Virus record (IMG/VR): IMGVR_UViG_2875952388_000001
Length of the DNA: 20,057 nucleotides
DNA from: a virus
Strand: one strand, 5' to 3'
The notes below the pieces were generated by a model, which made no database searches, was not told the origin of the DNA, and saw only the letters and a list, made by a program, of their open reading frames with translations. A program made the translations under genes and the position numbers. The stretch's first letter is position 1. Each line of letters opens with the position of its first letter. Of the stretch, positions 1-6,696 are shown piece by piece.

Positions 1-38
1 AACGTAAACCCCTCTGTTTTTTTTTGGAGGTATAAAAA

Positions 39-215
39 ATGGAAGAACAAGAAGAAGAAATAGAGAGGCTACAAGAAGAAAATAAGAAGCTACGGCGCAA
101 ACTTACAGCTTACAGACTGCAACGCTTTTATTACAAGAGCAGCGGCGCTGAAAAAAAGAAGGCGCCATGTGAACCTGTGAGCGAGACCGAGAGTGTTTCG
201 GGGGGTGGAACATAA
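39..215 (+). CDS. Hypothetical 58-aa protein with N-terminal coiled coil (MEEQEEEIERLQEENKKLRRKL...)
   Basis: Manual translation (not in ORF track); GGAGGT at 26-31, ATG 39, TAA 213-215. Confidence 0.75.
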   Translation: MEEQEEEIERLQEENKKLRRKLTAYRLQRFYYKSSGAEKKKAPCEPVSETESVSGGGT

Positions 216-244
216 ACTTTTTTTTATTTTTTGGAGGCAAAAAA

Positions 245-403
245 ATGGAAGAAAAAAGATATATTGTCTTTTCGGTTGACTACACAGAGATTACAACTGG
301 GGAGCTTAAAGCATACGCGACGCAGGAGAACATCGAAGTACTGCTGGATGCGGATTCGCAGGAAGCAACTGTAATCGCGCAGGTACCAGGAAGCAAAGTG
401 TAG
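245..403 (+). CDS. Hypothetical 52-aa protein (MEEKRYIVFSVDY...)
   Basis: Manual translation; GGAGG at 233-237, ATG 245, TAG 401-403. Confidence 0.7.
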   Translation: MEEKRYIVFSVDYTEITTGELKAYATQENIEVLLDADSQEATVIAQVPGSKV

Positions 404-528
404 AGGCGGAAAAGGTTTGCGGTATAGGGTTATATGCAAGAGCAAGAGAAATTCGATTGTAGCGCATCTGTATGGGTGCGTCGGAGAAAAAAAGAAAAAA
501 GGGAGAAAAAAACTTAAATTAAAAAACT

Positions 529-942
529 TTACTTCTCCTCTTTTTTTTCCTCAGCTTTTTGTTTTAAAGAGCCCAAAAGGCGTTCCAAAATTGGCACAAG
601 GCCAGCGGCTTCTTCTGGGAATACCGAATAGAGTCTGTCAAGCGTGTATCGATTGTTCTCTTGACGTTGTGTCTCAAGCTCATTCTCATGTTCTACTCTC
701 TGCTTTTCTGACGCATCCTCATGAGATAGCCTTTGCTGTTCTCTTCTATCGCGCTCCGTAAGAAATGCATCATTACTCTTTTGCTGGAACTCAACCGCTT
801 GTTTTAATGCAAGCTCAGAGTAACCCATTAGTGTTTTGCAGTGCGTTATTGTATTATCAAACTGCACCTTATCGTTACTTGCCCATGGCCTCTCCACGGA
901 TTCGCTCCCTGGAACCTTTTTCATTTCATCTATATCTACCAT
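529..942 (-). CDS. Hypothetical 137-aa helical/coiled-coil protein
   Basis: ORF track; AGGAGGTG upstream; downstream A-rich plus-strand tract (~486-525) reads as a T-rich terminator on the minus strand. Confidence 0.8.
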   Translation of the reverse strand: MVDIDEMKKVPGSESVERPWASNDKVQFDNTITHCKTLMGYSELALKQAVEFQQKSNDAFLTERDRREQQRLSHEDASEKQRVEHENELETQRQENNRYTLDRLYSVFPEEAAGLVPILERLLGSLKQKAEEKKEEK

Positions 943-1029
943 TTTTTTTTCTTTTCACCTCCTAATTGTCTATTGTTTTTTTTACTTTTATTTACTTTTT
1001 CTATTTGCATTTTTCTTACCTCCAAGTTT

Positions 1030-1497
1030 TCAGAGGGGTTTACACCCCCTGCTCTCCTTTCCCAGCTTTGCTATTAGCTCTGACCGCATGTCTCTTGTGA
1101 TTGCGTTGAAGACCATGTTAACCGCGTACCCCTTTTCTCTTGGCGGTATGCGCTCCTCTGCTTCAACAGTCTCGGTGATTGCCCCGATGATGTCCACGTA
1201 TTCTTTTATCGTTGTTTTCGGCTCCTGCTCGTCTGGCTCGACGTCCTCCTGATGAGGTTCTTTTTTTTCTGATTCATGTATCCACCCCTGTTGCCTTAAG
1301 CCGTCCGCAACCTCTCGCTTTGTTTTGCTAACTATCCCTCTTTGTCCCTTACCTTCCTTGAATTCATTGCTCGCTACACTCAGTCGGGACAACGCCTCAG
1401 AGCATGCCTCGGATGGCATCTCCCCGATGCTCTCGCCGTCTTTTATTGTTGACTGCAACCAGTTTTGTAGTGCATCCCTTTGCTTCTCTGTTGCCAT
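1030..1497 (-). CDS. Hypothetical 155-aa protein starting with an ATEKQ..L motif
   Basis: ORF track; GGAGGTGG upstream; start abuts the upstream stop (TAA-ATG). Confidence 0.8.
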   Translation of the reverse strand: MATEKQRDALQNWLQSTIKDGESIGEMPSEACSEALSRLSVASNEFKEGKGQRGIVSKTKREVADGLRQQGWIHESEKKEPHQEDVEPDEQEPKTTIKEYVDIIGAITETVEAEERIPPREKGYAVNMVFNAITRDMRSELIAKLGKESRGCKPL

Positions 1498-1614
1498 TTA
1501 TTCCACCTCCACCTCCACATCTACCATAGCGTTCGGGCTACGTGTTGCGGGCTCGCCACTTCCCACAACCACAACCTTTTTATGTTCCACATTCCTATTT
1601 CCTATTGTTTCCAT
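1498..1614 (-). CDS. Hypothetical 38-aa protein (METIGNRNVEHKKVVVVG...VEVEVE)
   Basis: Manual translation; GAAGGT upstream; stop abuts the next ATG. Confidence 0.5.
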   Translation of the reverse strand: METIGNRNVEHKKVVVVGSGEPATRSPNAMVDVEVEVE

Positions 1615-1629
1615 TTTTCTACCTTCAGG

Positions 1630-1656
1630 TGCGAGGAAGCAACAAACTTCCTCGCA
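1630..1656. repeat. Perfect 10-bp inverted repeat TGCGAGGAAG-N7-CTTCCTCGCA
   Basis: Seen directly, between the AbrB-like stop (1658) and the next RBS. Confidence 0.85.
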
Positions 1657-1657
1657 T

Positions 1658-1828
1658 CTACTTATTTTTTTCTCCGCTCTTTTGGAGCGTTACCCGTATC
1701 TTTTCTCCCTCTTGGAAAAAAGGTCGGAGGCTCAGAGGGATCCAGACTGCCCCATTTTTTGGAAATGTAGTCTGAAACCACATCTCCCCCTTCTCTTTCC
1801 CTATCCCTGTCTTCTTTTTTTGGGGCAT
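1658..1828 (-). CDS. AbrB/MazE/SpoVT-like DNA-binding protein (divergent)
   Basis: TTFPKNGAVWIPLSLRPFFQEGEKIRVTLQK fits the GxhxIPxxhR...EGExhxhxh pattern; first gene after the minus-strand promoter; start could be 1828 or 1783. Confidence 0.55.
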   Translation of the reverse strand: MPQKKKTGIGKEKGEMWFQTTFPKNGAVWIPLSLRPFFQEGEKIRVTLQKSGEKNK

Positions 1829-1863
1829 GCTTTTTCTCACTACTATATTGTTGGTTTTGTGAC

Positions 1864-1910
1864 TATAAAAGGTTTTCGGTTTTCGCTAAAAGCGAAAATC
1901 ACTTTAAGTG
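1864..1910. promoter_or_regulatory. Back-to-back archaeal BRE-TATA promoters (cassette 1)
   Basis: Minus: CCGAAAA-C-CTTTTATA; plus: GCGAAAA-TCA-CTTTAAGT; 12 bp between the BREs; lies between divergent genes. Confidence 0.7.
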
Positions 1911-1966
1911 AGCAATATAGATATAATAATTAAGGTGAAAAAAATGAAAGAAGGAGGGATAAAACA

Positions 1967-2239
1967 ATGTATCCATATTCAATAATAGTAAATATAATAA
2001 TACCACTTTATCTTGTAATTGGCTTTGAAATAGCAATAATTGGGCTCTGGGTTGTAATAGGAGATATACTAATATTACTAAGAAAGATGAGAAAGAGAAG
2101 ATCAAAATATCGTCTCATAGGAAAACTTGTTGGAATCTTCTTTATTACCATGATATTTTGGCCTGCATTACTTTACGAAAACATAAAAGATCCATATACA
2201 AGTCAAAGGTTATACGAGTCGCGGAAGGAGAAACTATAA
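1967..2239 (+). CDS. Small membrane protein, 2 predicted TM segments (90 aa)
   Basis: ORF track; two hydrophobic stretches separated by a basic loop (RKMRKRRSKYR); GGAGGG RBS. Confidence 0.75.
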   Translation: MYPYSIIVNIIIPLYLVIGFEIAIIGLWVVIGDILILLRKMRKRRSKYRLIGKLVGIFFITMIFWPALLYENIKDPYTSQRLYESRKEKL

Positions 2240-2274
2240 AAAATTAGATATAGTATTGGAGGAGATAAGATAGA

Positions 2275-2418
2275 ATGAGCCTATCTAAAAAACTGCATAA
2301 GAGAACACGAGACATCGCAGAGGACTTGAAACTGTTATTGGTCATTTTAAAGGTTATGCTATACTGGCTATCTGAGTGGGCACGCAAGACGGTTAAAAGA
2401 TTAGAGAAAAAGAAATAA
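2275..2418 (+). CDS. Hypothetical 47-aa protein with a hydrophobic core (MSLSKKLHKR...)
   Basis: Manual translation; GGAGGAG RBS; TAA 2416-2418. Confidence 0.65.
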   Translation: MSLSKKLHKRTRDIAEDLKLLLVILKVMLYWLSEWARKTVKRLEKKK

Positions 2419-2420
2419 AA

Positions 2421-2774
2421 TTAGTGTTCTGTACCCACCTCAAATTCCTTTCGCTTTTTGAACTCTTCCTGCTTACCTTTATTCCATTGTGTTAGTGGGC
2501 GCAGATAACCGACTACACGCGAAAACACTTCGCAAGGCTGATGATTACGCAGTATAGGATCTTTAGCAAAGCACTGATCGCATTTAAAGAATTGCTGTGT
2601 TTCTGGCGGAGTGCCAACTTTGGGATCATACATTGCACCGCCTTCAACAACCATTTGACCCTTCTCATTGACATAGCAACGCACCTTGACAGGCACGCCA
2701 CAATCATGGCACGAGCCTGTGAAGACTATCTCGCCACGCTCTTCCAGTTTCTTCTTCAGTTTATCTATTTGCAT
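2421..2774 (-). CDS. Stand-alone NrdD C-terminal-like protein (CxxC pairs plus glycyl-radical motif)
   Basis: CEVFSRVVGYLRPLTQWNKGKQEEFKKRK matches the class III RNR C-terminal RVxGYL signature; CHDC and CDQC upstream; only 117 aa, with no catalytic barrel. Confidence 0.85.
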   Translation of the reverse strand: MQIDKLKKKLEERGEIVFTGSCHDCGVPVKVRCYVNEKGQMVVEGGAMYDPKVGTPPETQQFFKCDQCFAKDPILRNHQPCEVFSRVVGYLRPLTQWNKGKQEEFKKRKEFEVGTEH

Positions 2775-2895
2775 TTTTCCTTTTCTTCTCCTTCTTCTCT
2801 ATTTCCTTTTCAAGCTTAACAACGAGTCTATCATCACCATCCTCTATCGCTCGTGTTAGTTTATGCTCCAGACTAATTGTCCTAAGGCCTTTCAT
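2761..2895 (-). CDS. Hypothetical 44-aa protein (MKGLRTISLEHKL...)
   Basis: C-terminal part of ORF-track 2761..2988; ATG 2895 overlaps the upstream stop (ATGA). Confidence 0.6.
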   Translation of the reverse strand: MKGLRTISLEHKLTRAIEDGDDRLVVKLEKEIEKKEKKRKNANR

Positions 2896-3253
2896 CTTTC
2901 CTTTTCTTCTTCCTTCCAAGCTCTTTTTACTTCCTTTGTGCTTATGATAGAAGTCCAGAATATACCAAAAAATGCAAAAACCAAACACACAGATATCGAA
3001 ATAGGATCCATACCTCTGGTTATTGCAGTTGGTATGCTTGCTTGGTTGTGTGATGGGTTATTATGTGCATGCTTAAATTTGATTGTATCTCCATCACGTT
3101 CTGTCACTATATCACGGGCATGTGCTAATGCAATTGTGTCCTCGTATTGACCACGCCAGCATTGTATTGCTAATTCTGTCATTCTCCTTTCAATTGTTTT
3201 CATTATCGTTTTTTCTCCGGATTAATTGTCTTAAGTCCTTTCATGTTTCCTTT
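2866..3253. repeat. 39-bp imperfect direct repeat (2866-2904 and 3215-3253; 34/39 identical)
   Basis: Manual alignment; both copies cover an RBS plus MKGL(R/K)TI(S/N)(L/P)E on the minus strand and bracket gene 2892..3203. Confidence 0.8.
2892..3203 (-). CDS. Hypothetical 103-aa protein with one TM segment
   Basis: ORF track; hydrophobic ISISVCLVFAFFGIFWTSIIS; TAATG coupling to the upstream gene. Confidence 0.7.
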   Translation of the reverse strand: MKTIERRMTELAIQCWRGQYEDTIALAHARDIVTERDGDTIKFKHAHNNPSHNQASIPTAITRGMDPISISVCLVFAFFGIFWTSIISTKEVKRAWKEEEKER

Positions 3254-3928
3254 CTTAAAATTCTCTATTGATGGTGTAGTTTCCATTGCTATTTCTGGCA
3301 ATGGTTTGCTTTTAAAGCTAAATTTACCACCCCGTGAGCAAAGAGTTTCTAACTCTACTACGCGTAGGTATAAGTCATAATGATATAAGAATAACTCTCG
3401 AATTTGCTGTTTTGACTGGAAAGGGCAAAAGTAGCAAGTACTGCGAGGCGGGATCATGAGATTATGATCATTAATTAACTTAATACAATCAGAACGAGTT
3501 AATTTAGCATCAATTAACGGATATGAATATCTCAAATTATTTTCTTCTTTGTGTTTTCTATCTCTACGTTCAGCTCGTTGCTTTTCATCGTAACAATAGC
3601 CAATATAGGCTATCGCTGGTATCTCAATGTAAGAAAGAAATGGGATGACTTTGAAATGTTCAGTGCACCACCTTGCAAAAATGCCAGGCATAAAGCTGTA
3701 TTTCCGGATGTACTGCTCGATACTACTGCAGCCACAGTACAGAGGCGGTTCAATTTCCTTAATTTCAAAGCCTTGCCGCCTGAGATAATCCGCATATTCG
3801 TACGTCTCAGGATAATCACCACCATGATTCACGAAAACACTTTCAAACTCTATCCCTTCATCGTGTAACAAAAGCATTAGGGCGGTCGAGTTCACGCCCA
3901 TTCCGTGAGAGAGATATTTTTTCATCAT
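3203..3928 (-). CDS. PAPS-reductase/DndC-like family protein (adenine-nucleotide alpha-hydrolase fold)
   Basis: PP-loop-like SHGMGVNSTAL, VFVNHGGDYPETY, RWCTEHFK, IGYCYDE, YPLID and STCYFCPF; start placed at ATG 3928 (ATGA overlap) rather than GTG 3958. Confidence 0.8.
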   Translation of the reverse strand: MMKKYLSHGMGVNSTALMLLLHDEGIEFESVFVNHGGDYPETYEYADYLRRQGFEIKEIEPPLYCGCSSIEQYIRKYSFMPGIFARWCTEHFKVIPFLSYIEIPAIAYIGYCYDEKQRAERRDRKHKEENNLRYSYPLIDAKLTRSDCIKLINDHNLMIPPRSTCYFCPFQSKQQIRELFLYHYDLYLRVVELETLCSRGGKFSFKSKPLPEIAMETTPSIENFKKGNMKGLKTINPEKKR

Positions 3929-4206
3929 AATTGCGTCAACATGAAGAGCATCACGCATGCACCTGCTATCGCGCCGAGCATAAAAAAAGCGAGTGCGAGG
4001 TACTTCCGTTGTAAGTGTTTCAGTCGCTGGTCTTGACTATTGCCCCTCGCGCGTGAAGAAAAGAGATATATCGCTTCGCTGGCTATTTCCTGCATGGAAG
4101 CATCAAGCTCTTCTGCCTGCATGGCGCACAGAAGGTGTGCCCGGGTGGTGAGCCGGACGCTATTACTTTTAGTGTTTGTGTTTGTTTTTGCTTTTGTTTT
4201 TGTCAT
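3925..4206 (-). CDS. Hypothetical 93-aa protein with C-terminal TM helix
   Basis: ORF track; GGAGGA RBS; YLALAFFMLGAIAGACVMLFML. Confidence 0.7.
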   Translation of the reverse strand: MTKTKAKTNTNTKSNSVRLTTRAHLLCAMQAEELDASMQEIASEAIYLFSSRARGNSQDQRLKHLQRKYLALAFFMLGAIAGACVMLFMLTQL

Positions 4207-4212
4207 TTGTCT

Positions 4213-4347
4213 CTACGTTCCTCCAAAATGTGAGATCAAAGCTGCCAAGACAAAACATGGATACCCATTTTTATCTACGAACTCCCTCTGCATTGCTTTC
4301 TTCTTCAATAATGCTCGTTCTGCGTCAACTACGCGTTCTGTTTCCAT
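4213..4347 (-). CDS. Hypothetical 44-aa protein (METERVVDAERALL...)
   Basis: Manual translation; fills the operon gap; GAGTGA RBS. Confidence 0.55.
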   Translation of the reverse strand: METERVVDAERALLKKKAMQREFVDKNGYPCFVLAALISHFGGT

Positions 4348-4355
4348 TTTTCCTT

Positions 4356-4607
4356 TCACTCTTTCCTCAGAACCTTTGCCTCTTCGATTAAAATTGCAAT
4401 TGTTAGGTTCACGAAGGCTTTCTTCGTATCTTCAGACCAATTTTTATCCGCTTCTTCTATCTTTAGCTCGGCTAATTCTCTCACATTCTTTTTAATGGTC
4501 TGGACTACGGAAGGTGTAAGCCCGATTTCATTAACTAGTCGGCCCGTTTGATCCTCCAAACAAGAATGGTCTAATCTGATGGGGAGTTTTTGTCTATTCA
4601 TGTTCAT
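4356..4607 (-). CDS. Hypothetical ~83-aa protein
   Basis: ORF-track 4356..4697 with the start moved to ATG 4607 to avoid overlapping the upstream gene. Confidence 0.6.
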   Translation of the reverse strand: MNMNRQKLPIRLDHSCLEDQTGRLVNEIGLTPSVVQTIKKNVRELAELKIEEADKNWSEDTKKAFVNLTIAILIEEAKVLRKE

Positions 4608-4623
4608 TGATGTATCAAGCTCA

Positions 4624-4776
4624 TCACAACACATTTCTTTTGATAATGTAATTACCTGTGAGCAACCAGTAGTCCCTCTGGCGAAGTATCCCCGCATCTC
4701 TCAAAGCCTGTAACCTTTCTATATCTGCAATTTTATCTTCGAGGAGTTTTACTTCTCTTTCTCTTCTCTTTACCAT
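4624..4776 (-). CDS. Hypothetical 50-aa protein (MVKRREREVKLLEDK...)
   Basis: Part of ORF-track 4624..4851; GAGGTGAAAAG-ATG at 4776. Confidence 0.6.
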   Translation of the reverse strand: MVKRREREVKLLEDKIADIERLQALRDAGILRQRDYWLLTGNYIIKRNVL

Positions 4777-4903
4777 CTTTTCACCTCTTCTGTTTTTCTT
4801 CATCAATTTCTGGACTTCTAAAGTAATCCTCCTTTTTTCTTCTCTTTTCAAACCCCAAAATACGTCTCAGCCATCCTTCTAATATCTTTATCATCTTTTC
4901 ACC

Positions 4904-5254
4904 TCATTTTGTGAAGACACGGTAATTTCTTGTGTCCCGCATGTTCTGCGATTTCACTATGCCTGTGTATAAAATTTTTATTTGGTTGTGGAGAGAGACC
5001 ATTGCTATTCGGCTTTGCAAAATTTTATGTGCGGGTGTTTGAACTGTCGTCTTATCTTCCTTCTTTTTTATTATAGCATAAATGCCATATTGGCCCTCGG
5101 CTATCTCGATGACTTCCCCTGTCAATACCTCACCCACTTCTGTCGGCATCCAGATGTTTTGTATGTCGGGCGTTACCTCTTCAAACCCAACCTCATCTTC
5201 TGCCTCTTCTTCCTCTTCCTCGATATCAAGACCTTTTTCTTTATTCATGTTCAT
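4904..5254 (-). CDS. Probable OB-fold ssDNA-binding protein with acidic N-terminus
   Basis: WMPTEVGEVLTGEV...GQYG...TPAHKIL...IKILYTG...NYRVF resembles small OB-fold SSB-like proteins of archaeal viruses (recognised by eye). Confidence 0.55.
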   Translation of the reverse strand: MNMNKEKGLDIEEEEEEAEDEVGFEEVTPDIQNIWMPTEVGEVLTGEVIEIAEGQYGIYAIIKKKEDKTTVQTPAHKILQSRIAMVSLHNQIKILYTGIVKSQNMRDTRNYRVFTK

Positions 5255-5460
5255 TTTTCTTCCTCCTCTATTTTTTCCTTTTCCCCCCGCAGCTTTTCAA
5301 CTGCGTCATCTACATAATCGTCTAATTGACCCGATGCTCCAGGTGTAACACAACGAACGAACTGCCACAGATACATGTGCAATTCTTTTATGTAGTCGAA
5401 AACCTCACTGTTGTGAGGGATATGTTGCTCAGCTAAAAATTCTCCTTCTCTCTTTTTCAT
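5251..5460 (-). CDS. Hypothetical 69-aa protein
   Basis: ORF-track 5251..5511 with the start at ATG 5460 (ATGA overlap, GAGGAGG RBS). Confidence 0.7.
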   Translation of the reverse strand: MKKREGEFLAEQHIPHNSEVFDYIKELHMYLWQFVRCVTPGASGQLDDYVDDAVEKLRGEKEKIEEEEK

Positions 5461-5753
5461 TTTTTTATTCCTCCTCTTCCACCCCTTCTTATGAGTATAG
5501 TAAAAGGCCATACCTTATACCTTCGATTCCCATTTGGTTTTATCCCTTCTTCTACCTCTCTCTTAATTCTTGGTACTTTTTCTTCTCTCTTTTTTACTTC
5601 GATAAGTGTATTATTATCAACCTTACACTTTTCCATTTCAGAAAGCTTAGAATCTGTTAGAGGTTTTTCATCACCCATTATTATTTGTATCTTGCCACAT
5701 TTATCCATCCACGCTGTTGCTACTTGTACCACATCGTAGTTCTCCTCACTCAT
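5457..5753 (-). CDS. Hypothetical 98-aa protein
   Basis: ORF track; coupled to its neighbours. Confidence 0.65.
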   Translation of the reverse strand: MSEENYDVVQVATAWMDKCGKIQIIMGDEKPLTDSKLSEMEKCKVDNNTLIEVKKREEKVPRIKREVEEGIKPNGNRRYKVWPFTILIRRGGRGGIKK

Positions 5754-6012
5754 TTCTCTTTCTTCCCCTCTTTCCCTTTCTCATACTCTCAACGAGATCT
5801 ATCGCTTCATTGAGTCTTTTTCTCCCTTCACTGAGTCTTTCTTTAGCTTCATTGAGTTTTTCTTTCGCTTCTAATAGCGGTTCTATATTATCGTATGTTG
5901 CCCCGGCCTTTGAAATGTAGTCGCTCATCCAATCAGCTCTTAGTATCGCAGAATTGATATTCGCCAAGAGGCTACTCAAATTTCTTTTGTAGTTTTCAGG
6001 TGTTATCCTCAC
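5746..6012 (-). CDS. Hypothetical 88-aa coiled-coil protein
   Basis: ORF track; heptad pattern (LLEAKEKLNEAKERLSEGRKRLNEA); GTGA overlap. Confidence 0.7.
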   Translation of the reverse strand: MRITPENYKRNLSSLLANINSAILRADWMSDYISKAGATYDNIEPLLEAKEKLNEAKERLSEGRKRLNEAIDLVESMRKGKRGRKRNE

Positions 6013-6218
6013 TTTTCCCTTTCCTCCTCTTCTATCCCCTCTACAACTATTTTCCTCACTAACTCTGTCATACTGATGGGCCGTCCTGTTTCTCTTTCTC
6101 TGCGATGTTTTGCTTTCAAAAGCATCTGCATTGTCCCTCCGCTTACCTTTAGCTGCGCACTTACTGTTTCGCTTTCGTAATCTTTCGCCTTTTCGCTTTC
6201 CCTTTTTTCTTTATTCAT
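6009..6218 (-). CDS. Probable ribbon-helix-helix regulator (69 aa)
   Basis: Alternating strand SAQLKVS, then a helix, then ISMTELVRKIV; first gene after promoter cassette 2. Confidence 0.5.
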   Translation of the reverse strand: MNKEKRESEKAKDYESETVSAQLKVSGGTMQMLLKAKHRRERETGRPISMTELVRKIVVEGIEEEEREK

Positions 6219-6251
6219 TTTTTTCTTTAATTATAATATATATATGTCAAG

Positions 6252-6297
6252 CATAAACTTATTTTCGGTTTTTGCAAAAATAGAAAAACTTATATAT
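6252..6297. promoter_or_regulatory. Back-to-back BRE-TATA promoters (cassette 2)
   Basis: TTTTCGG (6262-6268), 12-bp palindrome TTTTTGCAAAAA, TAGAAAA (6281-6287), then TTATATAT; lies between divergent genes. Confidence 0.75.
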
Positions 6298-6334
6298 ACC
6301 AAAAAAGTATTTTGAAAAGTGTTGAAAAGAAGAG

Positions 6335-6640
6335 ATGGAGAAGCGAGATGAAATGGATGCTGAAATAAAAAACTGGGTGAAAAGTCGGCTGAAAGAATTT
6401 ATGGCGGAATATGCAGATTTCAATGTCGAGGACACACACATGATGACTGCATTCCTTGAACTCAAAATGGGTATACTTGAAAAGCTATCACGTGCAGAAT
6501 ATGACGAGTATAACGAACCTTACCCGCGAGAAATTTTGATAGATGCTATGGAAGAATTGCGGGTGGAGGTACATGAGGATGTCAAGTGGGCAGAGAAGAA
6601 TTCCTTTATTGATCTTAAGAAGGGAAAAAAGGCAGCTTAA
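6335..6640 (+). CDS. Hypothetical ~101-aa acidic helical protein
   Basis: ORF track; downstream of the plus-strand TATA box; start could be 6335 or a later ATG. Confidence 0.75.
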   Translation: MEKRDEMDAEIKNWVKSRLKEFMAEYADFNVEDTHMMTAFLELKMGILEKLSRAEYDEYNEPYPREILIDAMEELRVEVHEDVKWAEKNSFIDLKKGKKAA

Positions 6641-6651
6641 ACCTGCCTTTT
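6627..6651. terminator. Hairpin AAAAGGCAG-N7-CTGCCTTTT over the stop codon, upstream of the MTase
   Basis: 9-bp perfect inverted repeat seen directly; the terminator role is inference. Confidence 0.45.
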
Positions 6652-6696
6652 CCTTATATTTGCATTAAAAAATGAGAGAAGAGATAAGAGCTAAAT

